Of a stretch of 32,000 nucleotides of DNA, positions 23,561-32,000 are shown in pieces (the first letter of the stretch is position 1; every line of letters begins with the position of its first letter). The notes beneath the pieces are model-generated. The model saw only the letters and a list, made by a program, of their open reading frames with translations. It was not told the origin of the DNA and made no database searches. Location of the stretch: the NCBI GenBank assembly GCA_035629395.1, contig DASPHZ010000056.1:116461-148460 (forward strand). Reading direction: 5' to 3'. This DNA is from Thermoanaerobaculia bacterium (lineage in GTDB: Bacteria > Acidobacteriota > Thermoanaerobaculia > Gp7-AA8). Position numbers and translations under genes: made by a program.

Positions 23561-24076
23561 ATGCCTTCTAAAGTCTTTGTAGGGAACCTCGATTTCAACA
23601 CGACGCGCACGGAAGTGCAGGACCTCTTCGCGCAGGTCGGCGAGGTTCGCGACGTGTTCCTGCCGACGGACCGCGAGAGCGGCCGGCCGCGCGGCTTCGC
23701 CTTTGTCGAATACACGAAGGATGAAGACGCGACGGCTGCCATCGAGCGCTTCAACGGCTACCAGCTCTCCGGTCGCGCACTTCGCGTGAACGCGGCGGAA
23801 GAGCGGCCGCGCACCGGTGGTGGCGGCGGTGGACGCGGCGGTTACTCGGGTGGCGGCGGCGGTCGCGGCGGCTACTCGGGTGGCGGCGGCTACGGCGGTG
23901 GCGGTGGCTACGGCGGTGGCGGCTACGGCGGCGGCGGTGGCGGCGACTACACCGGCGGCGGCGGCGGTGGTGGCGATTACACCGGCGGCGACTACGGCGG
24001 TGGCGGCTACGGCGGCGGCGGCGGCAAGTCGAAAGGCAGCCGGCGCAACATCCGCGGCAAAAAGCGCAGTCTGTAA
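23561..24076 (+). CDS. RRM-type RNA-binding protein with long Gly/Tyr/Arg-rich C-terminal tail
   Basis: RNP-2 is KVFVGNL and RNP-1 is RGFAFVEY. These are followed by ~70 aa of GGGRGGYSGGGG / GGYGGGG / GGDYTGG repeats and a basic end, KSKGSRRNIRGKKRSL. Confidence 0.92.
   Translation: MPSKVFVGNLDFNTTRTEVQDLFAQVGEVRDVFLPTDRESGRPRGFAFVEYTKDEDATAAIERFNGYQLSGRALRVNAAEERPRTGGGGGGRGGYSGGGGGRGGYSGGGGYGGGGGYGGGGYGGGGGGDYTGGGGGGGDYTGGDYGGGGYGGGGGKSKGSRRNIRGKKRSL
23816..24025 (+). repeat. GGY-codon low-complexity repeat encoding the Gly-rich tail
   Basis: Direct reading shows degenerate repeats of GGCGGCGGT/GGCTACGGC units. The repeat creates a spurious Ala/Thr/Val-rich antisense ORF. Confidence 0.8.
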
Positions 24077-24084
24077 ACAGGTGT

Positions 24085-24114
24085 AGGGACGGCCGCCCCC
24101 GGGCGGCCGTCCCT
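24085..24114. terminator. 13-bp GC hairpin between convergent RRM and vWA genes (candidate bidirectional terminator)
   Basis: AGGGACGGCCGCC-cccg-GGCGGCCGTCCCT is a perfect stem. There is no clear U-tract on the + strand, and only TGTTT follows on the - strand. Confidence 0.55.
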
Positions 24115-24123
24115 GGTTCGCAC

Positions 24124-26433
24124 CTAGTTTGCGCGATAGCCCTGGATCGTCCGCACGTTCGCGCCCGGTTTGGCCACGCTCACCTTGATCGTGCGCCAGC
24201 TTCCCGGCGTGACGCCCGTAGGCCGTTCGAACGAGAGCACGTACTGGCCACGGATGTCCTCCGCGAGCTGATCGAAGACTGCCGGCAGCTTCTCGAGCGG
24301 CGTGGCGTGGAACATCAGCCCGCCCGTGGCTTGCGCGATCGTGCGCAACGCGTGATTCATGCGTTCCCCTCCCTGCGGCACCACGACGTACACCGGCACC
24401 CCGATCGTCCGCGCCAGCCGCTCGCACTCTTTCGCGCTCGCGCTGCTGACGCCTTCGCGTCCATCCGTGAACACGATCAGCGCTTTCTTTCCGGCGATGC
24501 CCTGGAACTGCTGGAGCGCGAGCGTCACGCCGTCGAACATCGACGTGCCGCCGACCGGCGCAAGGTCGAACACCGAAGCGCGCAGCGACTCGACGTTGTT
24601 CGACCGCGGATGCACGAGCCGCGGCATCGTGTCGAACGCCACGATGAAGGACTGATCGTCGTCGCGAATGCGTCCCAGGAATTCGCTCGCGGCGCGGAGC
24701 ACGTAGATCTGCTTCCCCTGCATGCTCGACGAGCTGTCGATCGCGATACCGACCGTCACCGGCTCGTCGTCGCTCGAGCGCAGGGATGCCGCGACTTTCC
24801 TCCCCTCCTCCTCGACGGCGAAATCGTTCGCCGTGAGCCCCGCCATGCGCTTGCCTGCCTTGTCGGTGACGGTCGCGATGACGGTGACGGCCGCCACCTC
24901 GACGTTCTCACTCACACCCGTCGCGTTGTAGATCTTCGTCGCCTCGGACGTCGTCCCGTCGTCGAGCACACCCACCGCGCGCAGATAGCCGAACTCGCGG
25001 CCGTGCACCTGCACGTTCGTGCGATACGGCGGTGCGGTGAGCGTCGCCACCGGAACGTCGTTCCACGACACGTCGACTTTCTGCACCGCGCGTCCGGGCG
25101 GCACACGCACGTCGAGCTGCACCTCGGTCTCACCTTCGACGGTCGCCGCCGCCGGCGAGACGATCGAGACGAGGAACGCGTCGTTGCGGTCGTTGATCGT
25201 GAGGACGGCCTCCCCCTGCGCGCTGCCGGTGCTGTCGAACGCGCGCGCTTTCAACGTGCGGACGCGGGGCGTGGGACCGACGTCGATCGACGCGCGGAAC
25301 GGTGCCTCGTTCCGCGACGCCACCTTCTTTTCGTCGAGATAAAAGTCGACGCGCGCCACACCGCCCGGCGTCTCCACGAGAAAGTCCGCGTCGCCCGTGA
25401 GCGTCCGCCGCGCCGGAGGGACGATGCGCAACGCCGCCTGCACGCCTTCCTTCGGCGGCAGCGGACGTTTATCGAACTGCGCGAGCGCGCGACGCGCCAT
25501 CTCGAGGGTCGTCGTGCCGGGTGCCGCGAGCGCGTACGCCTTCCGATACGACTCGACGGCGAGATTCATCTCGCGTCGGTTCGGCGCCGCGGTGCCGACG
25601 GACGTGAGGACCTGCATCGGCAGCGATCCCGTGCTGTTGCGTCCGCGGCGTCCGGTCGGAGCGATGGGCGTGGCGTCGACCTGCCGCGCCTGTGCCTGCG
25701 ACACGTGAATCGCCCCCATCGCCAGATGCCCCTCGGCCGCCACGGCGTTGCTGATCGGCTGGCGCAGGATGTCGCCGACGATCGTGCGTCCGCGCACTTT
25801 CTGTCCCGCGCCGTACCAGGCATAGCCCGCGGAGACGCGCGCGAGCTGCTCCGATTCTTTGTCGCCCGCCTTCGCATACGCTTCGGTGGCCTTGTCGAAT
25901 CGAACCGCGGCCCCGGGCCAGCGGGCGATGCTGACGAGTGCATTGCCGGTCGCGAAATCGGCCGCCGCCTCCTGTCCCGCGAGACGCAACGCGGCAGCCT
26001 CGGCGACGAGGTCGCGAATGCTGCGGAAGCGCAGCAGGTCTTCTCCGATCTGTGCCGTTGTGAGCTTGTCCACCACGCCGAGCTGCACGCCGGATGCGTC
26101 GTAGATCGCGAGCAGCGGCACCTTCTCCCGCTTCGACAGCTCCTCGGCGATCGGATGCTGTACCGCCCCTTTCGTGATCTTCAGCGGAAGAAACGCGTCG
26201 AACGCGCGCAACAGGACCTCGTCGGTCCCCAGCTTGCGCATGAGCGCATCCGCGTCGTCGTTGCATGTGTCGCAGTCATCGCGGAAGTAGACGAGCAGCA
26301 TCTTCTGCTGCGCACGCGCGACGGCGCTGGCGACGGTCGGCACCGTGTGCCACGGAATCGACGGCGCATCCTGCGCGAACGTAACCGGAACGAGGAGAAC
26401 GAGCGCGAATACCGCTGCAGCGGTGCGGATCAT
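24124..26433 (-). CDS. secreted multidomain protein with N-terminal thioredoxin-like region and C-terminal vWA domain (acidobacterial VWFA-related type)
   Basis: - Signal peptide: MIRTAAAVFALVLLVPVTFAQ.
- Thioredoxin-like segment: LLVYFRDDCDTCNDD.
- vWA MIDAS context: VGIAIDSSSSMQGK ... GGTSMFDG ... ALIVFTDGRE. Confidence 0.9.
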   Translation of the reverse strand: MIRTAAAVFALVLLVPVTFAQDAPSIPWHTVPTVASAVARAQQKMLLVYFRDDCDTCNDDADALMRKLGTDEVLLRAFDAFLPLKITKGAVQHPIAEELSKREKVPLLAIYDASGVQLGVVDKLTTAQIGEDLLRFRSIRDLVAEAAALRLAGQEAAADFATGNALVSIARWPGAAVRFDKATEAYAKAGDKESEQLARVSAGYAWYGAGQKVRGRTIVGDILRQPISNAVAAEGHLAMGAIHVSQAQARQVDATPIAPTGRRGRNSTGSLPMQVLTSVGTAAPNRREMNLAVESYRKAYALAAPGTTTLEMARRALAQFDKRPLPPKEGVQAALRIVPPARRTLTGDADFLVETPGGVARVDFYLDEKKVASRNEAPFRASIDVGPTPRVRTLKARAFDSTGSAQGEAVLTINDRNDAFLVSIVSPAAATVEGETEVQLDVRVPPGRAVQKVDVSWNDVPVATLTAPPYRTNVQVHGREFGYLRAVGVLDDGTTSEATKIYNATGVSENVEVAAVTVIATVTDKAGKRMAGLTANDFAVEEEGRKVAASLRSSDDEPVTVGIAIDSSSSMQGKQIYVLRAASEFLGRIRDDDQSFIVAFDTMPRLVHPRSNNVESLRASVFDLAPVGGTSMFDGVTLALQQFQGIAGKKALIVFTDGREGVSSASAKECERLARTIGVPVYVVVPQGGERMNHALRTIAQATGGLMFHATPLEKLPAVFDQLAEDIRGQYVLSFERPTGVTPGSWRTIKVSVAKPGANVRTIQGYRAN

Positions 26434-26673
26434 GACCCGATCAGTGTAGCTCCCCTCTTATCGCAACGCGGGAGAGGAGACTGGAGTTCGGCGAACAGAC
26501 ACACGGAACCAGGCATGCTCGCCGGACGAGGACGTTCAGCACTTCCTGCTCAACGAAATACACGAGCGAGTATGGATACTCGGAGCGACGACGAATGACC
26601 GGTTCCGCGGCGGCGGATCGTGCAGAGCCCTCGCACCTCGTTTGGTGCCTTTGTCGCTGTATTTGTCGGTGGA

Positions 26674-28482
26674 TCAGATGCCGGTAACGCGCACGACTTC
26701 TTCGAAACTCGTGATCCCCTCGGCCAGTTTGCGCAGCGCGCTCTGCCGCAATGTGCGCATGCCGCGTTTGATGGCCATGTCCTTGATCTTGAGAAAGTCT
26801 TCGCCGTGGTCGATGAGGTCGCGGATGGCGTTGTCGACGGGGAGAATCTCGAAGATGCCGGTGCGGCCGAAATAGCCTGTGTTGCGGCAGCGGATGCAGC
26901 CCGCGCCTTCCTTGACGATGATGCGCTTCCCTGCCGGAGCCTGCAGGTTCAGCATCGCCGCCTCTTCGACCGTCAGCGGGCGATTGCGTTTGCAGTCGTC
27001 GCAGATGCGGCGCACGAGGCGCTGCGCCATCGCGCCGACGAGCGACGAAGAGATGAGGAACGGCTGGATGCCGAGGTCCGTGAGACGTGTGATCGAAGTC
27101 GCGGCGTCGTTCGTGTGCAGCGTCGAAAAGACGAGATGGCCCGTGAGCGCGGCCTGCACGGCGTTCTGCGCGGTCTCCTGATCGCGGATCTCGCCGACCA
27201 TGATGATGTCGGGGTCCTGGCGCAGGATCGTGCGCAGCGCGGATGCGAACGTGATCCCGATCTTGTTCTGCACCGAGGTTTGATTGAACTCGTCGTGCAC
27301 CATTTCGATCGGGTCTTCGATCGTAGTGATGTTGATCTCCGGCGACGCGAGCGATTTGAGCGCGGAGTACAGCGTGACGGTCTTGCCGGAGCCGGTCGGA
27401 CCGGTGACGAGGATGATGCCGTGCGGGCGCTTGATCCAGTCCGCAAACGTCTTCATCTCGTCCTCATAGAAGCCGAGGCCCGAAAGCTCGCGGATCATCA
27501 CCTCCGGGTCGAAGATGCGCATGACCACTTTTTCGCCGAACGCGGTCGGCAGCGTGGAAACGCGCAGCTCGATCTCCTGCCCCGCGTGCTCGGTCTTGAT
27601 GCGGCCGTCCTGCGGGCGGCGCTTCTCGGCGATGTCCATGCGGCACATCGTCTTGAGGCGCGAGGTGATGGCGAGGTTGACGAGCTTCGGGACGCGCTGG
27701 ATCTCGTGCAGCACGCCGTCGATGCGGAAGCGGATCACGGCGAGCTCGCGCTTCGGCTCGATGTGGATGTCCGACGCGCGCGACTCGTACGCGTGCTGCA
27801 GCAGAAAGTCGACGGCGTTGACGATGTGCGCGTCGCTGGTCTCGATCTCCGATCCCGACTTGAGCTTGATGTACTGCTCGAGATTGCCGAGGTCGATCGC
27901 GCCTTTGGTGAGGTCGCGCTCGGCCTTCGTGACCGAGGCTCGGAAGCCGTACTGCTCGTTGATGACGCCCATCACGTCGCTCTCGGCGGAGACGACGACC
28001 TCGATGTCCTGCTTGGCCATCGGGCGGTACGAGTCGATGGCCATGCGGTCGTACGGATTCACGACCGCGACGACGAGCTTTCCGTCGCGCACGGCGACCG
28101 GCACCATCTTGTGCTTGCGCGCGAACGGCCGCGAGATGCGCGATTCGATCATCTGCACGTCGAGCTTGAGCGTGTCGATCTTGAAGAACGGCAACCGCGC
28201 ATCCTCGGCGATGAGGCGCGCGAGGAGGATGTCGTCGATGCGCGTCCCGTTGCCGCTGGCGTCGGTGAGGTTCATGGCCATGAGTGCGCGGAACGGACTC
28301 GCTTCCTCGTCCGTGCGGAGCTTGGAGCTGCGCGCCTGCAGCCGGAACTGCCGGTCCGCCGCCTCCACGTCCGCTCGCTGCCGGTCGTCGATGAATCCCG
28401 CGTTGAGGAGCAGATCGCCGAGGTACGCGACCGTGATCTCGCGCGAGGCGGTGGGCAGCGGAACGTTCGTGAGCGTGGTCAT
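26674..28482 (-). CDS. GspE/PilB-family secretion ATPase (type II secretion / type IV pilus assembly ATPase)
   Basis: Walker A is VTGPTGSGKTVTLY. The Asp box, Walker B and His box are present (DPDIIMVGEIRDQETA ... TGHLVFSTLHTNDA), as is the tetracysteine motif (CDDC ... CIRC). The N-terminus is GspE_N-like. I prefer the ATG at 28482 over the TTG at 28524. Confidence 0.93.
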   Translation of the reverse strand: MTTLTNVPLPTASREITVAYLGDLLLNAGFIDDRQRADVEAADRQFRLQARSSKLRTDEEASPFRALMAMNLTDASGNGTRIDDILLARLIAEDARLPFFKIDTLKLDVQMIESRISRPFARKHKMVPVAVRDGKLVVAVVNPYDRMAIDSYRPMAKQDIEVVVSAESDVMGVINEQYGFRASVTKAERDLTKGAIDLGNLEQYIKLKSGSEIETSDAHIVNAVDFLLQHAYESRASDIHIEPKRELAVIRFRIDGVLHEIQRVPKLVNLAITSRLKTMCRMDIAEKRRPQDGRIKTEHAGQEIELRVSTLPTAFGEKVVMRIFDPEVMIRELSGLGFYEDEMKTFADWIKRPHGIILVTGPTGSGKTVTLYSALKSLASPEINITTIEDPIEMVHDEFNQTSVQNKIGITFASALRTILRQDPDIIMVGEIRDQETAQNAVQAALTGHLVFSTLHTNDAATSITRLTDLGIQPFLISSSLVGAMAQRLVRRICDDCKRNRPLTVEEAAMLNLQAPAGKRIIVKEGAGCIRCRNTGYFGRTGIFEILPVDNAIRDLIDHGEDFLKIKDMAIKRGMRTLRQSALRKLAEGITSFEEVVRVTGI

Positions 28483-28554
28483 TGAGAGGAAAATGTTAGC
28501 CGAGGATGGGAAAACTCCCCACAAGGAGCGGCGGCGTCCGCGCCGCGCCTTCGA

Positions 28555-30699
28555 TCACGGCAGGATGAGCGGCCCGTTTCCGGCGATCGCCGATGGAAAC
28601 TGCGCGCGCACTTCCGGCATCGCAAATGGATCCGCGCCCGGCGGCAGGTGCGGCGGACGCGCCAGCCGCGAGAAGCCGCGATAGACGACGATCGGCGCGC
28701 TCTCGACGAGCGAGAGCAGGACTGCTTCTCCGTTGGCCGTGAACGGCATGCGTCCGCGCATCGTCTGATGCCGCGCCAGCGCACCGGCGGGCACGATCAC
28801 GGCGCCGATCGCGACTCCGAGCTCGTATTCGGCATCGGCCGCGGTGCGGATGGCAACGTCGCGGACCGGCGCGGCAGGAACGCGCAGGCGCAGCGGTCCG
28901 GTCGCGGGGAGTGAGAGCACGGCGAGCGGATGACTGGCGCTGACAAACACCGCGCGCTCGTTCGCGCCGTGCGGCCGGCGATGTTTGAAGTTCCCGTCAG
29001 CGTCGACGCTGACGGCCTCCGATTGCGCGCCGTCGGGCGTGACGAAGAACAGCATGCCGCCCTTCACCGCGGAAAGGCCTTCGATGACTCCGGCGAATGT
29101 CTCGATGCGCGTCAGCGCGATCACGAGCGGATCGGACGTTTCGTTCTGCACGCACCGCGGCGCGTAGTCCTCTGCACGCGCGCAGACGGAGAACTTCCCG
29201 AGCGGCATGCGGCGGAGCGTCACGGCGCCGTCCTCCCCCGCGGGATCGAGCACTTCCGTGAAGCGCTCCGCCCGCGGGTTGCCGGGATCGACCACGAGCG
29301 CGTGCACTCGCGCACGTGCGATCGGCTTCGTGGTGGCGGCGTCGACTACGCGGACGTTGAGGGGCGAAGGGAGCTCGATGTCGAGTTTCGGGAGCGTCGA
29401 CAGCGGGACCTCGGAAAGATGCACGAACTCGGCGTCGCCCGCACAATCGCGAATGACGGCGCGATCCGTCTCCTTCGGAAAAAGAATGGCATAGGCGCCG
29501 CCGCCTCCCGTGAGGGCGCTCCCGCCACCGGCAACCACGCGTGCGTGGACCGGTTTGCCGTTGCGCGTCACGCTGCCGGCGAGCGTGAACAGCGGAAGAT
29601 CGAGCGTGACGTCGTGCGTCCCTGGCGACACCGTGACGGGCTGCTTCCATGTGTTGCCGAGGCGAAGCTCGTAGGTGCCGGAGGGGACGCTGGCGAACGT
29701 CGCCGCTCCGTCGACGAGTGGAAGCGCGCGCATGGCCGGACAGCTCGCGCCGATGCAGTGCAGCTCGAGCGCGCTCGGCTTGCGGCCATCGCTGCACTCC
29801 GGGTCGTCGAGGCGGCGCAGCCATTCGACCACCGGCGTCGTGGCGCGGACGCGCAACTCCGCGGCAGGCGCGAGCCGCAGCGCGGGAATCGTGGCCACCC
29901 GCGTGGCCGGTCCCGGCTTCACGGCCGTTTCTGCCGTCTCCCACGTGGCGCCGCTCAGCCGCAGCGTGCCCTCGCCGCCGGACACGCTTTTGAAGATCAC
30001 CAGATCGCGATCGCGCAGCGGACCGCCCGCAAAGAGTGGCGTCTGCGGACGCCCGCCGGAGAGCAGTTCCACCTGTGGCGCCGGCAACGCGTCCGGCGGG
30101 CGCGATGCGGCGGCGAGATACGCCACGGCGTCGCCAGTCGCGGGGCGCTCAAAGTCGTCGAGCACGACGCGGGCACCTGCCGCTGCGCCCGCGTGCGCGT
30201 CGCCGAATCGAAGCTCGCCGTTCCGTACGCGCACCGGTACGAACGGCAGGTTCGCGGGGATGGTCGCCGTCTTCGACAGCATGGGCAACGCGAACGCGAG
30301 CGTCTTCTTCGTCCCCGGAAAGTAGAGGCGGCCCGGCTCCTCCGCGGACACCGTCGCCGCCGGGGCGAGGTCGATCGTGATCTCGCGGTACCCGCTGTCC
30401 GCGTCTGGCGGATCGTCGCGTACTACGAGCAGGTACGGATGCGTGCTCGCGTACTTGCCTTCCACGACCGCAAAGACGTTCCACCTCCCCTTCGGAAATG
30501 CCACCACCGTCGACGCCGGAAAACAGTCGACGCCACTGCCGCTGAACCATTGCTCCACCGGCGACTCCCCGCCGGCAAACGCGCACACCTCCGCCCCGCT
30601 CACCGGCTTGCCGGTAGGCGTGCGCAGCGTGAACCCGAACCGCACCGCAAACGCGGGAAACGCGAAGAGGAGCACCGCGAGGAGACGAAGCGTGCGCAT
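28555..30699 (-). CDS. large secreted protein of unknown function, probably repeated Ig-like/carboxypeptidase-regulatory-like beta domains
   Basis: The signal peptide is MRTLRLLAVLLFAFPAFA. Segments of the type G.V...G.P..GA.V recur. GC3 is high. The domain call is by eye only. Confidence 0.7.
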   Translation of the reverse strand: MRTLRLLAVLLFAFPAFAVRFGFTLRTPTGKPVSGAEVCAFAGGESPVEQWFSGSGVDCFPASTVVAFPKGRWNVFAVVEGKYASTHPYLLVVRDDPPDADSGYREITIDLAPAATVSAEEPGRLYFPGTKKTLAFALPMLSKTATIPANLPFVPVRVRNGELRFGDAHAGAAAGARVVLDDFERPATGDAVAYLAAASRPPDALPAPQVELLSGGRPQTPLFAGGPLRDRDLVIFKSVSGGEGTLRLSGATWETAETAVKPGPATRVATIPALRLAPAAELRVRATTPVVEWLRRLDDPECSDGRKPSALELHCIGASCPAMRALPLVDGAATFASVPSGTYELRLGNTWKQPVTVSPGTHDVTLDLPLFTLAGSVTRNGKPVHARVVAGGGSALTGGGGAYAILFPKETDRAVIRDCAGDAEFVHLSEVPLSTLPKLDIELPSPLNVRVVDAATTKPIARARVHALVVDPGNPRAERFTEVLDPAGEDGAVTLRRMPLGKFSVCARAEDYAPRCVQNETSDPLVIALTRIETFAGVIEGLSAVKGGMLFFVTPDGAQSEAVSVDADGNFKHRRPHGANERAVFVSASHPLAVLSLPATGPLRLRVPAAPVRDVAIRTAADAEYELGVAIGAVIVPAGALARHQTMRGRMPFTANGEAVLLSLVESAPIVVYRGFSRLARPPHLPPGADPFAMPEVRAQFPSAIAGNGPLILP

Positions 30700-30729
30700 C
30701 GCGTGAGTTACTGCATGATGCCGAGTGCC

Positions 30730-31881
30730 TCACCGCACCTCGAGCAGAAATCCCTTCAAATACTCCCCTTCCGGACAATACAGCGACACCGGATGGTCGC
30801 TCCCGGCCGTGAGCCTGCGCACGAACGACACCTGCCGTCCCGAATCCAGCGCCGCGGCGAAGATGACTTTCTGGAAGAGGTCGAGGGACATGTGGCCGGA
30901 GCAGGAGAAGGTCATCATCAGACCACCCGGCGCGACCATGCGCATGGCGTGGAGGTTGACGTCCTTGTAGCCGCGCGCGGCGCGCTCGACTTCGCCGCGG
31001 CTCTTCGCGAATGCCGGCGGATCGCAGATGAGGAGGTCGAACGGCTCGTGGCGCTGGCGCACGTACTGGAACGCGTCCGCGACGACGTGCTCGCCGGTGG
31101 TGCCATTCAGTTCGTGATTCATCCGCGCGGTCTCGATGGCAGGCGCGGAGATGTCGACGTTCGTCACGGACGATGCGCCGCCCGCGGCGGCGTACACACC
31201 GAATGCGCCGCTGTACGAGAACAGATTCAGAACACGCTTCTCCGCCGCGAACGAACGCGCCATGCGCCGGTTCTCGCGTTGATCGAGAAAGAACCCCGTC
31301 TTCTGCCCTTCCGACGGATCGACGCGGAACTGCAATCCCGATTCGAGGATCGTCGTCGCGGCACCGGTGCCCTCGTTGCCCGTCGGCAACCGTTCCAGCG
31401 CGCGCGAGGGCAGATCGTTCTTGAAGAAAATCGTGCGCGGTGCGAGCTCGCGCTGCAGCGTCTCGACGATCAGCGGCTTGAACTGCTCGGCGCCGCGATT
31501 CGTGATCTCGACCACCACCACGTCGTTATAGCGGTCGACGACGATGCTGCTCAGGTCATCGCCTTCCGCGTGCACGAGGCGCGCGGCGTTCGTCGAGCCG
31601 TCGGCGAAAAGGTGCTGGCGTCGCGCAATCGCGCGAACGAGGCGCGCGGCGATGAGCTCCGGCGTCACTTCCTCATCGCCGAACGTCAGCGCACGGAGGC
31701 GGATCTGCGAGTGCCGCGAGTAGAAGCCGCTCGCGACGCGCTTCCCCTCCGCGTCGACGAGCACGCCGAGCGGTGCGTCCTCCGGCCCGCGCTCCGCTTG
31801 GATCGCGCCCGCGAAGATCCACGGATGTTTGTTTGCAGCAACGCGTTCTTTTCCGCGCTTCAGCGTGATCGTTCGAATCAT
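30730..31881 (-). CDS. class I SAM-dependent rRNA methyltransferase, RlmI/RlmK-like (PUA + MTase)
   Basis: The N-terminus has HPWIFAGAI. Other motifs are QKTGFFLDQRENRR, the SAM motif VLNLFSYSGAFGVYAA, and the catalytic region LLICDPPAFAKS ... GYKDVN ... TFSCSGH. Confidence 0.9.
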   Translation of the reverse strand: MIRTITLKRGKERVAANKHPWIFAGAIQAERGPEDAPLGVLVDAEGKRVASGFYSRHSQIRLRALTFGDEEVTPELIAARLVRAIARRQHLFADGSTNAARLVHAEGDDLSSIVVDRYNDVVVVEITNRGAEQFKPLIVETLQRELAPRTIFFKNDLPSRALERLPTGNEGTGAATTILESGLQFRVDPSEGQKTGFFLDQRENRRMARSFAAEKRVLNLFSYSGAFGVYAAAGGASSVTNVDISAPAIETARMNHELNGTTGEHVVADAFQYVRQRHEPFDLLICDPPAFAKSRGEVERAARGYKDVNLHAMRMVAPGGLMMTFSCSGHMSLDLFQKVIFAAALDSGRQVSFVRRLTAGSDHPVSLYCPEGEYLKGFLLEVR

Positions 31882-31888
31882 TCGTCGC

Positions 31889-31894
31889 TATAAT
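31889..31894 (+). promoter_or_regulatory. consensus -10 box TATAAT, 9 nt upstream of the ATG at 31904 (possible leaderless or near-leaderless transcript)
   Basis: Read directly. The whole divergent gap is only 22 nt (31882-31903). I found no convincing -35. Confidence 0.25.
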
Positions 31895-31903
31895 CCCCCA
31901 CCG

Positions 31904-32000
31904 ATGGTTGCGCTGCGCAAAGAGTTCCACACCCAGTGCCAGGAGGAGGTCTACCGGCAGGTCAAGACCTACCTCGACGAGCTGGTCGAAGAGCATTTCG
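31904..32000 (+). CDS. 5' end of a gene running off the window; unknown function
   Basis: ATG at 31904; translation MVALRKEFHTQCQEEVYRQVKTYLDELVEEHF... By hand count 28 of 32 codons end in G or C. Too short for a domain call. Confidence 0.45.
   Translation, partial: MVALRKEFHTQCQEEVYRQVKTYLDELVEEHF

Noticed and set aside
22971-23582. 203-aa plus-strand ORF spanning the repeat pair and the 23096-23479 gene
   Set aside because: It starts inside the inverted-repeat element, is Arg/Ser/Pro-rich, and is out of frame with the better-looking 127-aa ORF.
23522-24427. 301-aa minus-strand ORF with Ala/Thr/Val repeats
   Set aside because: It is the reverse-complement reading of the GGC/GGT repeat that encodes the Gly-rich tail of the RRM protein, and it extends into the vWA gene end. 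It is an artefact.
28380-28482. MshEN-type c-di-GMP-binding motif in the GspE N-terminus (YLGDLLLNAGFIDD...)
   Set aside because: Only the first half (LGxxLLxxGxI) matches. The conserved Leu positions of the second half are Arg and Glu, so I make no c-di-GMP claim despite the EAL gene in the window.
24307-31893. Three very long plus-strand ORFs (24307-26598, 26620-28485, 28930-31893)
   Set aside because: They are antisense to the vWA, GspE, secreted-protein and RlmI genes. They cross gene boundaries of the real genes and have a low-complexity Arg/Asp/His-rich composition.
1-32000. tRNA/rRNA genes, CRISPR arrays, IS elements, integrases or prophage structural genes
   Set aside because: None were recognised on visual scanning. 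There are no spaced direct-repeat arrays, no transposase or integrase motifs, and no cloverleaf-like conserved tRNA ends. A tRNAscan, Infernal or ISfinder run is needed to be certain.

Overview
This is a high-G+C bacterial window. The content suggests Acidobacteriota: an acidobacterial-type vWA protein, a Ser/Thr kinase fused to a TolB-like propeller, and many TPR or Ig-like secreted proteins. That assignment is inference only. I call about 24 protein genes. No rRNA, tRNA, CRISPR array or transposase was recognised by eye.

Gene order:
- 5'-truncated ORF
- standalone EAL phosphodiesterase
- small secreted PKD protein (-)
- TPR-CHAT protease
- anti-sigma/ECF-like sigma pair (-)
- a highly structured 364-nt intergenic region
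- typA/bipA
- a four-gene lasso-peptide cluster (B1, B2, cyclase, plus a 44-aa precursor that is absent from the ORF track)
- FMN reductase
- a minus-strand three-gene operon: TIR protein, then STAND NTPase-TM-coiled coil-trypsin-like protein, then pfkB-like/AAA+/2xRyR protein
- secreted hypothetical protein
- kinase-propeller (-)
- two small hypotheticals
- RRM protein with a long Gly-rich tail
- a minus-strand block of vWA, GspE-like ATPase, large secreted protein and RlmI-like methyltransferase

The two stand-out accessory modules are:
- The TIR/STAND-protease/AAA-RyR operon at 12279-18868. It looks like an uncharacterised conflict or anti-phage system and matches no named system I recognise.
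- The compact lasso-peptide cluster at 9014-11604, with its hidden precursor.

Many long ORFs in the track are antisense artefacts of high G+C and were rejected. All domain calls rest on motifs read by eye. No database search was run.
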